Source of the DNA: a virus
DNA: 64,000 nt
UHGV virus genome: UHGV-0086135
Reading direction: 5' to 3' (one strand)
Shown here: piece by piece, positions 27,362 through 35,862 of the stretch
How the letters are laid out: each line of letters starts with the position of its first letter
How positions within the stretch are numbered: position 1 is the stretch's first letter
The notes under the pieces: model-generated
Told to the model about the DNA's origin: nothing
The model's database searches: none
The model's input: the letters and a program-made list of their open reading frames with translations, nothing else
Translations under genes and position numbers: made by a program

Positions 27362-29539
27362 ATGATTATCACCACTGAAAAAGAAACAATTCTTGGTAAT
27401 GGTTCTAAATCAAAAGCATTTAGCATCGCAGCAAATCCTAAAGTATTTAAAATTCTGTCATCTGATTTGTATACAAACAAGATTCGCGCAGTAGTCCGTG
27501 AATTGATTACCAACATGATTGACGCCCATGCTCTCAATGGAAATCATGAAAAATTTATCATTCAAGTTCCAGGACGATTAGATCCGCGATTTGTTTGCCG
27601 AGATTTTGGTCCGGGTATGAGCGATTTTGATATTCAAGGTGATGATAATTCTCCTGGGTTGTATAATTCATACTTTAGTTCATCTAAGGCTGAATCTAAC
27701 GATTTCATTGGTGGATTTGGTTTAGGTTCTAAATCTCCGTTTAGTTATACTGATACATTTAGTATTACTTCGTATCATAAAGGTGAAATTCGCGGTTATG
27801 TAGCTTACATGGATGGTGATGGTCCGCAAATTAAACCTACATTTGTAAAAGAAATGGGTCCAAATGATAAAACTGGTATTGAAATCGTAGTTCCAGTTGA
27901 AGAAAAAGACTTTAGAAACTTTGCTTATGAAGTTTCTTATATCATGCGACCATTCAAAGATTTAGCTATCATTAATGGTCTTGACCGCGAAATTGATTAT
28001 TTTCCGGATTTTGATGACTATTACGGCGTAAATCCAGAAAGATACTGGCCAGATCGTGGTGGATTGTATGCTATCTATGGTGGTATTGTTTATCCTATCG
28101 ATGGTGTTATTAGAGACCGTAACTGGTTAAGCATCCGCAATGAAGTGAATTACATTAAGTTTCCAATGGGTTCACTTGATATTGCTCCATCGCGTGAGGC
28201 TCTTTCACTGGATGATCGTACTCGTAAAAATATTATTGAGCGTGTTAAAGAGCTTAGTGAGAAGGCATTCAATGAAGATGTAAAACGATTTAAAGAATCT
28301 ACATCTCCTCGTCATACATACCGTGAATTGATGAAGATGGGATATTCTGCTCGAGATTATATGATTAGTAATTCAGTCAAATTTACGACTAAAAATCTTT
28401 CATATAAGAAGATGCAAAGCATGTTTGAACCTGACAGTAAGTTATGCAATGCAGGAGTTGTGTATGAAGTAAATCTTGACCCTCGACTGAAACGCATTAA
28501 GCAAAGTCATGAAACTTCAGCCGTTGCATCAAGTTATCGTCTATTTGGTATTAATACAACAAAAATTAATATTGTTATTGATAATATTAAAAATCGTGTT
28601 AATATTGTCCGTGGATTAGCGCATGCGTTAGATGATAGTGAATTTAATAACACCTTAAATATTCATCATAATGAGCGTCTTCTGTTTATTAATCCGGAAG
28701 TAGAATCGCAGATTGATTTACTCCCTGATATTATGGCAATGTTTGAAAGTGATGAAGTTAACATTCATTATTTGTCAGAAATTGAAGCTTTAGTTAAAAG
28801 TTATATTCCAAAGGCAGTAAAAAGTAAAGCTCCTCGTCCTAAAGCTGCTACTGCGTTTAAGTTTGAAATTAAAGACGGACGCTGGGAAAAAGAGGAACTG
28901 TTTACACTCACATCAGAAGCAGATGAAATTACTGGCTATGTAGCATATATGCATCGTTCTGATATTTTCTCTATGGATGGTACTACATCGCTTTGTCATC
29001 CATCTACGAGTATTTTGACTCGTATGGCTAATCTTATTGGCATTAATGAATTTTATGTTATTCGTCCGCTTTTGCAGAAAAAGGTAAAAGAACTTGGTCA
29101 GTGCCAATGTATTTTTGAAACTCTGCGTGATTTATATGTAGATGCTTTTGATGATGTAGATTATGATAAGTATGTAGGTTATTCAAGTTCAGCTAAACGA
29201 TATATTGATAAAATTATCAAGTATCCTGAGTTAGATTTTATGATGAAGTACTTCAGTGTAGATGAAGTTTCTGAAGAATATACACGACTCGCTAATATGG
29301 TTAGTTCATTACAGGGTGTATATTTCAACGGTGGAAAAGATACCATCGGTCATGACATCTGGACAGTAACTAATCTTTTTGATGTATTATCAAATAATGC
29401 TTCAAAAAACAGTGATAAAATGGTTGCTGAGTTTACCAAGAAATTCCGTATTGTTTCCGACTTCATCGGTTATCGCAACTCTTTAAGTGATGATGAAGTT
29501 TCCCAAATCGCTAAAACTATGAAGGCCCTTGCGGCCTAA
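27362..29539 (+). CDS. rIIA: rIIA protein
   Basis: 725 aa as T4 rIIA; N-terminal GHKL-like ATPase region; followed by rIIB. Confidence 0.9.
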   Translation: MIITTEKETILGNGSKSKAFSIAANPKVFKILSSDLYTNKIRAVVRELITNMIDAHALNGNHEKFIIQVPGRLDPRFVCRDFGPGMSDFDIQGDDNSPGLYNSYFSSSKAESNDFIGGFGLGSKSPFSYTDTFSITSYHKGEIRGYVAYMDGDGPQIKPTFVKEMGPNDKTGIEIVVPVEEKDFRNFAYEVSYIMRPFKDLAIINGLDREIDYFPDFDDYYGVNPERYWPDRGGLYAIYGGIVYPIDGVIRDRNWLSIRNEVNYIKFPMGSLDIAPSREALSLDDRTRKNIIERVKELSEKAFNEDVKRFKESTSPRHTYRELMKMGYSARDYMISNSVKFTTKNLSYKKMQSMFEPDSKLCNAGVVYEVNLDPRLKRIKQSHETSAVASSYRLFGINTTKINIVIDNIKNRVNIVRGLAHALDDSEFNNTLNIHHNERLLFINPEVESQIDLLPDIMAMFESDEVNIHYLSEIEALVKSYIPKAVKSKAPRPKAATAFKFEIKDGRWEKEELFTLTSEADEITGYVAYMHRSDIFSMDGTTSLCHPSTSILTRMANLIGINEFYVIRPLLQKKVKELGQCQCIFETLRDLYVDAFDDVDYDKYVGYSSSAKRYIDKIIKYPELDFMMKYFSVDEVSEEYTRLANMVSSLQGVYFNGGKDTIGHDIWTVTNLFDVLSNNASKNSDKMVAEFTKKFRIVSDFIGYRNSLSDDEVSQIAKTMKALAA

Positions 29540-29550
29540 TAAGGAAAATT

Positions 29551-30489
29551 ATGTACAATATTAAATGCCTGACCAAAAACGAACAAGCTGAAATTGTCAA
29601 ACTGTATTCAAGTGGTAATTACACCCAACAGGAATTGGCTGATTGGCAAGGTGTATCGGTTGACACAATCCGTCGTGTTTTGAAAAATGCTGAAGAAGCT
29701 GAACGCTCCAAAGTTACTATTAGCGGTGATATTACAGTTAAAGTTAATAGCGATGCAGTTATTGCTCCAGTTGCTAAATCTGACATTATTTGGAATGCAT
29801 CTAAAAAATTCATTTCAATTACTGTTGACGGTGTAACTTATAACGCAACTCCTAATACTCATTCAAACTTCCAGGAAATTCTTAATCTGCTTGTTACAGA
29901 TAAATTGGAAGAAGCGGCGCAAAAAATTAACGTTCGTCGCGCCGTTGAAAAATATATTTCCGGTGATGTTCGAATTGAAGGTGGAAGCTTGTTCTATCAA
30001 AATATTGAATTGCGATCTGGTTTAGTTGATCGTATTCTCGATTCGATGGAAAAAGGCGAAAACTTTGAATTTTATTTTCCGTTCTTGGAAAATCTGTTGG
30101 AAAACCCAAGCCAAAAAGCGGTATCTCGACTCTTTGATTTCTTGGTAGCAAACGATATTGAAATTACAGAAGATGGTTACTTCTATGCTTGGAAAGTAGT
30201 TCGCAGCAATTACTTTGACTGTCATTCAAATACTTTTGATAACAGTCCTGGTAAAGTAGTTAAAATGCCACGTACTCGTGTGAATGACGATGATACACAA
30301 ACTTGTTCTCGTGGTCTGCATGTGTGTTCTAAATCTTATATTCGTCACTTTGGCAGTTCAACCAGTCGAGTTGTAAAAGTTAAAGTACATCCTCGCGATG
30401 TAGTATCAATTCCGATTGATTACAATGATGCTAAAATGCGTACCTGCCAATACGAAGTAGTTGAAGACGTTACTGAACAATTTAAATAA
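29551..30489 (+). CDS. rIIB: rIIB protein
   Basis: 312 aa as T4 rIIB; classic AAGGAAAAUUAUG initiation region. Confidence 0.9.
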   Translation: MYNIKCLTKNEQAEIVKLYSSGNYTQQELADWQGVSVDTIRRVLKNAEEAERSKVTISGDITVKVNSDAVIAPVAKSDIIWNASKKFISITVDGVTYNATPNTHSNFQEILNLLVTDKLEEAAQKINVRRAVEKYISGDVRIEGGSLFYQNIELRSGLVDRILDSMEKGENFEFYFPFLENLLENPSQKAVSRLFDFLVANDIEITEDGYFYAWKVVRSNYFDCHSNTFDNSPGKVVKMPRTRVNDDDTQTCSRGLHVCSKSYIRHFGSSTSRVVKVKVHPRDVVSIPIDYNDAKMRTCQYEVVEDVTEQFK

Positions 30490-30506
30490 GGGCTTCGGCC
30501 CTTAAC
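30490..30506 (+). terminator. hairpin after rIIB
   Basis: GGGC-UUCG-GCCC; weak U tract. Confidence 0.45.
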
Positions 30507-30517
30507 TAAGGAAAATT

Positions 30518-30712
30518 ATGCTAGGTTATCAAGCACGAGTAAAAGAAGAATACGATCAATTAATGCTCAAAATTAATGCACTGAGCAAATTTTTAGAAAG
30601 CACAAAGTTTCTAACGATTAATGAAGTTGAGCAAGAATTACTGCTTTCACAATTCATCTCAATGAAATCTTACGCAGATTGTTTAGAAAAAAGAATTGCA
30701 CAATTCAAATAA
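30518..30712 (+). CDS. hypothetical protein (64 aa) bracketed by two GGGCUUCGGCCC hairpins
   Basis: ORF with AAGGAAAA SD. Confidence 0.4.
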   Translation: MLGYQARVKEEYDQLMLKINALSKFLESTKFLTINEVEQELLLSQFISMKSYADCLEKRIAQFK

Positions 30713-30717
30713 AATAA

Positions 30718-30739
30718 GGGGCTTCGGCCCTTTTGTTTT
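30718..30739 (+). terminator. intrinsic terminator
   Basis: GGGGC-UUCG-GCCC hairpin plus UUUUGUUUU. Confidence 0.6.
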
Positions 30740-30750
30740 AAGGAAAAATT

Positions 30751-31080
30751 ATGATTTATTGTATGAATATCGGTGATTCCGACATAAAAGAGATTAAACT
30801 GCACGGAAATCATCACGCTAATATTGTGTACTGCAATAAATTTGAGTTTGGTCACGAAAAACTTGGGTTTCTTTACTGCAATGATATTATAGTCATGGAT
30901 AAAAAGGAACTCGATGAACTTGACCGTGAGTCTTTAGATGAAAATGACCGAATTTATTACGGCACTCTTAAAGTATATAACGCTTATCTCAGCGGTAAAA
31001 AGGAAAGTCTAAATGCAGAAAACGAATCCGGGTTTACAGAGACTATTTCAGATTCCGACATTTACCCTATCGAACAGTGA
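30751..31080 (+). CDS. hypothetical protein (109 aa)
   Basis: ORF with AAGGAAAAA SD. Confidence 0.45.
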   Translation: MIYCMNIGDSDIKEIKLHGNHHANIVYCNKFEFGHEKLGFLYCNDIIVMDKKELDELDRESLDENDRIYYGTLKVYNAYLSGKKESLNAENESGFTETISDSDIYPIEQ

Positions 31081-31570
31081 CTTGACTAGTGAAATGAAGG
31101 TCAAAATTGCTGATACAGCAAGATACTCTTTAAAACAAAACCCGAACCAGGATAAAGCAGAAGTTATCGAAAGATGTCGTATCGCGGTGTACGCAGAGTT
31201 TTTTGTAGCAGATTGGCTAAGCGGGTATGTTAACAAAGGCCAAGAGGATGTTAATGACCCGTATACATACGCATGGGATGTATTGGCGCATCCAAGATAC
31301 TGCGGGCTTCGTGTAGAAGTTAAGACACATCAAACTGACTCGCGTTGGATTTCGGTAACAACAGGATGCAGCGGAGAGTATCCATACGGTTCTGGAATAA
31401 ATCTAGGGCCCATTCTGAATCATCAGGTCGCTGACTGTATAATTATATTCAACACTAAAGAAATTCATCCAGGTGTCATCCAGTACACTCCGAAGTTCAT
31501 CGGTGATAGAGAAGACCTTCGTAAGGTTGTAAGAAAAAGCAACTACAACGGATGGTATCTTTCCATTTAA
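31013..31570 (+). CDS. denB: possible endonuclease IV DenB
   Basis: 185 aa, same length as T4 DenB, located between rIIB and ndd; AAGGAAAG SD before ATG 31013; overlaps upstream ORF by 68 nt. Confidence 0.45.
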   Translation: MQKTNPGLQRLFQIPTFTLSNSDLTSEMKVKIADTARYSLKQNPNQDKAEVIERCRIAVYAEFFVADWLSGYVNKGQEDVNDPYTYAWDVLAHPRYCGLRVEVKTHQTDSRWISVTTGCSGEYPYGSGINLGPILNHQVADCIIIFNTKEIHPGVIQYTPKFIGDREDLRKVVRKSNYNGWYLSI

Positions 31571-31587
31571 AAATTTTCACAAAACGG

Positions 31588-31616
31588 TTTACATATCACA
31601 AGGACTGTGGTACTAT
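31588..31616 (+). promoter_or_regulatory. early promoter in cassette (copy B)
   Basis: -35 TTTACA, 17 nt, TGGTACTAT; leader identical to copy A over 43 nt. Confidence 0.65.
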
Positions 31617-31650
31617 ACAACTATCAACTGATACGGATTTGGAGAATAAA

Positions 31651-31857
31651 ATGTTTACTACGGCTGAATTAAAACGAGCAAAAGCTAAGAAAGGGCAAGG
31701 AAAATATAAAGCTGAATTAGTTAAAGAACTTCAGTTTGCTGAGGCTGAATTGAATTCGATGATTATTCAAAATGCTCCAGAAACTGAAATTGCTCTTAAA
31801 CGTATTGCGAATAAATGTCTTCGTGATACAATCGTCGATCTTTTAGCGGATTATTGA
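31651..31857 (+). CDS. hypothetical protein (68 aa)
   Basis: ATG 31651 preceded by the conserved cassette leader; ORF-track start 31552 lies upstream of the promoter. Confidence 0.5.
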   Translation: MFTTAELKRAKAKKGQGKYKAELVKELQFAEAELNSMIIQNAPETEIALKRIANKCLRDTIVDLLADY

Positions 31858-32126
31858 GTAAAATGAAATTTAAATTTTATTGCGCTAAACATAAAATAAC
31901 TGATGAGTTTGTGTCAGTTGAATATTCTAGCGATGATGAAGGCATGATTTATACTCGTTTGGGATTATCACACTGGGAGTCTGATACGCCTTATTTTTCA
32001 ACTCCCGAAGAAATTACACGCTTAGTTAATGGTCATATGAATGACCACTGGGATGTAATTCTTTCAGATAGTCTTAAAGCGGCTATTAATAGTAATGAAA
32101 TGAAAATCGCTGAGATTGAACTATGA
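31854..32126 (+). CDS. hypothetical protein (90 aa)
   Basis: ATGA overlap with upstream ORF. Confidence 0.45.
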   Translation: MSKMKFKFYCAKHKITDEFVSVEYSSDDEGMIYTRLGLSHWESDTPYFSTPEEITRLVNGHMNDHWDVILSDSLKAAINSNEMKIAEIEL

Positions 32127-32209
32127 GTTCATTATGGTGGTGTTTTGTTTGGTTAATTAGTATTCCATTGATTTGTTTAGTATTTACTTTTGTGATGAGG
32201 TTATTATGA
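32123..32209 (+). CDS. tiny hydrophobic peptide (28 aa)
   Basis: MSSLWWCFVWLISIPLICLVFTFVMRLL; ATGA overlap; speculative. Confidence 0.3.
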   Translation: MSSLWWCFVWLISIPLICLVFTFVMRLL

Positions 32210-32304
32210 AAATTTTGAATTCTGTGCTTATTGCTTGTGCGTGGTGGGTTGCGCAAGTTTCAGCGGTAGTAGTTGGTATTCACATTTATTACGAATATTT
32301 TTAA
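32206..32304 (+). CDS. tiny hydrophobic peptide (32 aa)
   Basis: MKILNSVLIACAWWVAQVSAVVVGIHIYYEYF; ATGA overlap; speculative. Confidence 0.3.
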   Translation: MKILNSVLIACAWWVAQVSAVVVGIHIYYEYF

Positions 32305-32312
32305 AAAAGTTG

Positions 32313-32342
32313 TTTACAAGACTGTTCCTCTGTGGTACTATA
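32313..32342 (+). promoter_or_regulatory. early promoter in cassette
   Basis: -35 GTTTACA, 18 nt, TGGTACTAT. Confidence 0.6.
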
Positions 32343-32369
32343 CAACTATCAACTACGGAGGAACAGAAA

Positions 32370-32483
32370 ATGAAAAAGATTGTTAAAGCTATATGGAATG
32401 TAGTTATAATACTAGTAGTTTTGAGTATATTCCCAATCGTTTTAATGATTGATGTATTAAACGCTTACTTTGGATTTATGTGA
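32370..32483 (+). CDS. tiny hydrophobic peptide (37 aa)
   Basis: ATG 32370 with GGAGGA SD behind early promoter; single TM helix. Confidence 0.4.
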   Translation: MKKIVKAIWNVVIILVVLSIFPIVLMIDVLNAYFGFM

Positions 32484-32490
32484 GGAAAAT

Positions 32491-32688
32491 ATGAAGCGTA
32501 AACGCAGTGCTTTTACATTTGTTGAATGGTTTTTCGATAATATTTTTCCGGCTTTATTCATTTTCATGCTGATTTTCGCCTTAGGTTCAGTTGTAGTTGG
32601 AATTTATTTGATGGCAGTTGTCGGAATGGATATTCACCAAAATGGCTTAAAATCTGTAGTTGAAACAATTTGGAATGGTGTAAAATGA
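32491..32688 (+). CDS. small membrane protein (65 aa)
   Basis: ATG 32491 with GAGGA SD; long hydrophobic stretch. Confidence 0.45.
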   Translation: MKRKRSAFTFVEWFFDNIFPALFIFMLIFALGSVVVGIYLMAVVGMDIHQNGLKSVVETIWNGVK

Positions 32689-32795
32689 TGAATTTGCTGA
32701 GCGGTTGGTTTTATATTCTCGTGTTTTACATTGGTGCAAATTTTCCGTATTGGATGGGATGGTCAACAACTGCATTCGGATTTTATACTCCTTGA
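32685..32795 (+). CDS. tiny hydrophobic peptide (36 aa)
   Basis: ATGATG start overlapping upstream stop; aromatic-rich TM. Confidence 0.3.
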   Translation: MMNLLSGWFYILVFYIGANFPYWMGWSTTAFGFYTP

Positions 32796-32803
32796 GGTGA
32801 ATT

Positions 32804-33019
32804 ATGAAAATTTTTAAAGATGTAAAAGTTGGTGAAATTTTTTGTTTAGATAATGGTGATCAGTTAATTCGTATTTCACCTCTTAAGAGCACTAGCGAGA
32901 AAATGACAGTTAACGCTACTTTAGAAAACAACAGTAATGAGCGTTTCTGCATTGAAAATGATACTGAAACTTATACCGTAGAAGAGTTCTGGGAATTGAG
33001 CGTCGACTGTGACGATTAA
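32804..33019 (+). CDS. hypothetical protein (71 aa)
   Basis: ORF with GAGG SD. Confidence 0.45.
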   Translation: MKIFKDVKVGEIFCLDNGDQLIRISPLKSTSEKMTVNATLENNSNERFCIENDTETYTVEEFWELSVDCDD

Positions 33020-33079
33020 TTTATTGGCCGTGTGTATTCATGCGGCCTTGGAGTAGAAAATAATTTAGAGGAAATTAAT

Positions 33080-33535
33080 ATGAAATACATGACTGTTACT
33101 GATCTGAATAATGCAGGCGCAACTGTTATTGGTACAATCAAGGGCGGTGAATGGGTTTTTGGAACTCCGCATAAAGACATTTTGTCTAAACCTGGATTTT
33201 ACTTTTTAGTGAGCAAATTTGGTGGTCCATTTGATAGTCCATGTGTATCTGCGCGATTTTATGTAGGTAATCAGCGTTCTAAGCAAGGGTTCAGTGCAGT
33301 TCTAAGTCATATTCGTCAACGTCGGTCTCAGCTTGCGCGTACTATTGCAAATAACAATGTTCCATACACAGTATTTTATTTGCCTGCTTCTAAGATGAAA
33401 CCTCTGACGACGGGATTTGGAAAAGGTCAGTTAGCTTTGGCGTTTACTCGTAATCATCATTCTGAGTATCAAACGCTTGAAGAAATGAACCGTATGTTGG
33501 CTGATAACTTTAAATTTGTTTTGCAGGCATATTAA
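33080..33535 (+). CDS. ndd: nucleoid disruption protein Ndd
   Basis: 151 aa from ATG 33080 (T4 Ndd 151 aa); [14 protein letters not shown]-terminus recalled from T4; GAGGA SD. Confidence 0.8.
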
Positions 33536-33615
33536 TGAGTAATTTCCATAACGAACATGTGATGCAGTTCTATCGTAACAATCTTAAAACCAAAGGCGTC
33601 TTCGGACGCCAGTGA
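33535..33615 (+). CDS. stp: Stp peptide (26 aa)
   Basis: [26 protein letters not shown] matches recalled T4 Stp; TAATG overlap with ndd stop. Confidence 0.8.
33595..33610 (+). other. UUCG-tetraloop hairpin embedded in the last codons of stp
   Basis: GGCGUC-UUCG-GACGCC, 3 nt before the stp stop and just 5' of the ac SD. Confidence 0.6.
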
Positions 33616-33622
33616 GGAAAAT

Positions 33623-33781
33623 ATGAATATTGCAAAATTATTAGGAGTTATTTCATTTATTTGTTGGATAGTAGCATGTGTTTTAACTATCTGTATCGAT
33701 GCTAGTAGTGTGTTTTCACAAGCTTTAGCCCAGGGTATGTGTGCATATTTAACATTTGTGTTGTTATCTACTAATGATTAA
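33623..33781 (+). CDS. ac: Ac (acridine sensitivity) membrane protein
   Basis: 52-aa hydrophobic protein directly after stp as in T4. Confidence 0.6.
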   Translation: MNIAKLLGVISFICWIVACVLTICIDASSVFSQALAQGMCAYLTFVLLSTND

Positions 33782-33914
33782 GAAAATCTTGGGCTATTCA
33801 TTAGCCCTTGCTACTTTATTGGTAGCACTATATTATGGAGTAATGTTCGGATTAATTCAAGTCGTGCTTTTCATTTCTGATGTTATTATGGCACTACATT
33901 CACTAGTATGGTAA
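33774..33914 (+). CDS. small hydrophobic membrane peptide (46 aa)
   Basis: Overlaps ac stop; two hydrophobic segments; ends 4 nt before gene 52. Confidence 0.35.
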   Translation: MIKKILGYSLALATLLVALYYGVMFGLIQVVLFISDVIMALHSLVW

Positions 33915-33918
33915 ATTT

Positions 33919-35247
33919 ATGCAACTGAATAATCGCGATTTAAAAAGTATCATTGATAATGAAGCATTGGCTTATGCTATGTACACGGTTGAAAATCGTG
34001 CTATCCCAAATATGATTGATGGATTTAAGCCAGTTCAACGATTTGTTATTGCTCGAGCTCTTGATTTGGCACGAGGAAATAAAGATAAGTTTCACAAACT
34101 CGCTTCTATTGCAGGTGGTGTAGCGGACCTTGGATATCATCATGGTGAAAACTCTGCACAAGACGCGGGCGCTTTGATGGCTAACACTTGGAATAATAAC
34201 TTTCCTTTGTTAGATGGTCAAGGAAACTTTGGTTCTCGTACCGTTCAAAAAGCAGCGGCAAGTCGTTATATTTTTGCTCGTGTAAGTAAAAATTTCTATA
34301 ACGTATATAAAGATACTGAATATGCTCCGGTACATCAAGATAAAGAACACATTCCGCCTGCTTTCTATTTGCCTATTATTCCTACTGTTCTTCTTAACGG
34401 TGTTTCCGGTATTGCAACTGGTTATGCAACTTACATTCTTCCTCATAGCGTTTCTTCTGTCAAGAAAGCTGTATTGCAAGCTCTTCAAGGAAAGAAAGTA
34501 ACTAAACCGAAGGTAGAATTCCCAGAATTTCGCGGTGAAGTCGTTGAAATTGACGGTCAATATGAAATTCGTGGAACGTACAAGTTTACTTCACGAACTC
34601 AAATGCATATCACTGAGATTCCGTATAAGTATGATCGTGAAACTTATGTGAGTAAAATCTTAGACCCGCTTGAAGATAAAGGCTTCATTACGTGGGATGA
34701 TGCTTGTGGTGAGCATGGTTTTGGCTTCAAAGTTAAATTCCGTAAAGAATATTCTTTGAGCGATAACGAAGAAGAACGCCATGCAAAAATTATGAAAGAC
34801 TTCGGGTTGATTGAGCGTCGTTCCCAGAATATTACTGTTATTAATGAGAAAGGAAAGCTACAAGTTTACGATAACGTAGTTGATTTAATCAAAGACTTCG
34901 TTGAAGTTCGTAAAACTTATGTCCAAAAACGAATTGATAACAAAATCAAAGAAACTGAATCGGCATTTCGTTTAGCCTTTGCCAAGGCACATTTCATTAA
35001 GAAAGTAATTTCAGGTGAAATTGTTGTACAAGGTAAAACTCGCAAAGAACTGACCGAAGAACTTTCTAAAATTGATATGTATTCTTCTTATGTTGATAAA
35101 CTAGTTGGAATGAATATTTTTCATATGACTTCCGACGAAGCAAAGAAACTTGCTGAAGAAGCTAAAGCTAAAAAAGAAGAAAACGAATATTGGAAAACTA
35201 CTGATGTAGTTACAGAATACACCAAAGATTTAGAGGAAATCAAATGA
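33919..35247 (+). CDS. 52: DNA topoisomerase II medium subunit gp52 (GyrA-like)
   Basis: 442 aa as T4 gp52; GyrA-like N-terminal region. Confidence 0.9.
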   Translation: MQLNNRDLKSIIDNEALAYAMYTVENRAIPNMIDGFKPVQRFVIARALDLARGNKDKFHKLASIAGGVADLGYHHGENSAQDAGALMANTWNNNFPLLDGQGNFGSRTVQKAAASRYIFARVSKNFYNVYKDTEYAPVHQDKEHIPPAFYLPIIPTVLLNGVSGIATGYATYILPHSVSSVKKAVLQALQGKKVTKPKVEFPEFRGEVVEIDGQYEIRGTYKFTSRTQMHITEIPYKYDRETYVSKILDPLEDKGFITWDDACGEHGFGFKVKFRKEYSLSDNEEERHAKIMKDFGLIERRSQNITVINEKGKLQVYDNVVDLIKDFVEVRKTYVQKRIDNKIKETESAFRLAFAKAHFIKKVISGEIVVQGKTRKELTEELSKIDMYSSYVDKLVGMNIFHMTSDEAKKLAEEAKAKKEENEYWKTTDVVTEYTKDLEEIK

Positions 35248-35393
35248 GTCCATTCATAGGTATTACAAGCGCTGCATTAGTATCTGGTGGCATTTTACTG
35301 GCGGGTTTAGGTGTTGTTCCTGCCGTAGCAGGAGGTCTTCTTGCGTTCGGAATTCAACGTGTTATCATGATAGTTATCACAGTCATGCAGTAA
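35244..35393 (+). CDS. small membrane peptide (49 aa)
   Basis: ATGA overlap with gene 52 stop; hydrophobic; followed by terminator hairpin. Confidence 0.4.
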   Translation: MSPFIGITSAALVSGGILLAGLGVVPAVAGGLLAFGIQRVIMIVITVMQ

Positions 35394-35398
35394 TTTTA

Positions 35399-35424
35399 GG
35401 GAGAGCCGAGGCTCTCCCTTTTTT
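35399..35424 (+). terminator. intrinsic terminator after gene 52 region
   Basis: GGGAGAGC-CGAG-GCUCUCCC hairpin plus U6. Confidence 0.75.
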
Positions 35425-35451
35425 ATTTCAAAAATTTTTTTCACAAAACGG

Positions 35452-35480
35452 TTTACAACCAAAGCATACTGTGGTACTAT
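35452..35480 (+). promoter_or_regulatory. early promoter in cassette (copy D)
   Basis: -35 TTTACA, 17 nt, TGGTACTAT; preceded by terminator hairpin. Confidence 0.65.
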
Positions 35481-35529
35481 ACAACTATCAAATAAATGAA
35501 CTGAAACAAACAACCCGGAGATACAAAAA

Positions 35530-35757
35530 ATGAAATTTAAAATCGAAAACGAAATCGTTAAAGCTAAAAATGCTCTGACTGCTAACAAACTGGTTGTAGA
35601 TGGTATTGAATATGATATCTGTGGAGTTCGTGAAGAAAAACCTGGTGTTCTGACTTTCTTCACAATGATTTTTAAATTTAAAGGTGACACAGAATTCAAA
35701 CAGTTTGATTTTGCCCATGAAGACGAAATCGAAGTTCGTAATCTGAACATTAAGTAA
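35530..35757 (+). CDS. hypothetical protein (75 aa)
   Basis: ORF behind cassette promoter, GGAG SD. Confidence 0.5.
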   Translation: MKFKIENEIVKAKNALTANKLVVDGIEYDICGVREEKPGVLTFFTMIFKFKGDTEFKQFDFAHEDEIEVRNLNIK

Positions 35758-35796
35758 GTACTTTATTAGAGCTCTTGAAAAAGAGTGCAAAAAAGT

Positions 35797-35825
35797 GTTT
35801 ACTTCTGCTTTAAACATGATACTAT
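35797..35825 (+). promoter_or_regulatory. early promoter upstream of motA (copy E)
   Basis: -35 GTTTAC, 17 nt, -10 TACTAT; leader shares CTATCAAATAAATGAACTGAAAC with copy D. Confidence 0.6.
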
Positions 35826-35862
35826 AGACCTATCAAATAAATGAACTGAAACGGAGATTAAA

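Noticed and set aside
35307-35817. Minus-strand ORFs 35307..35750 and 35488..35817 across the 35.4-35.8 kb cassette region
   Set aside because: They run antisense through two early promoters, a terminator hairpin and a plus-strand ORF with proper SD; shadow ORFs.
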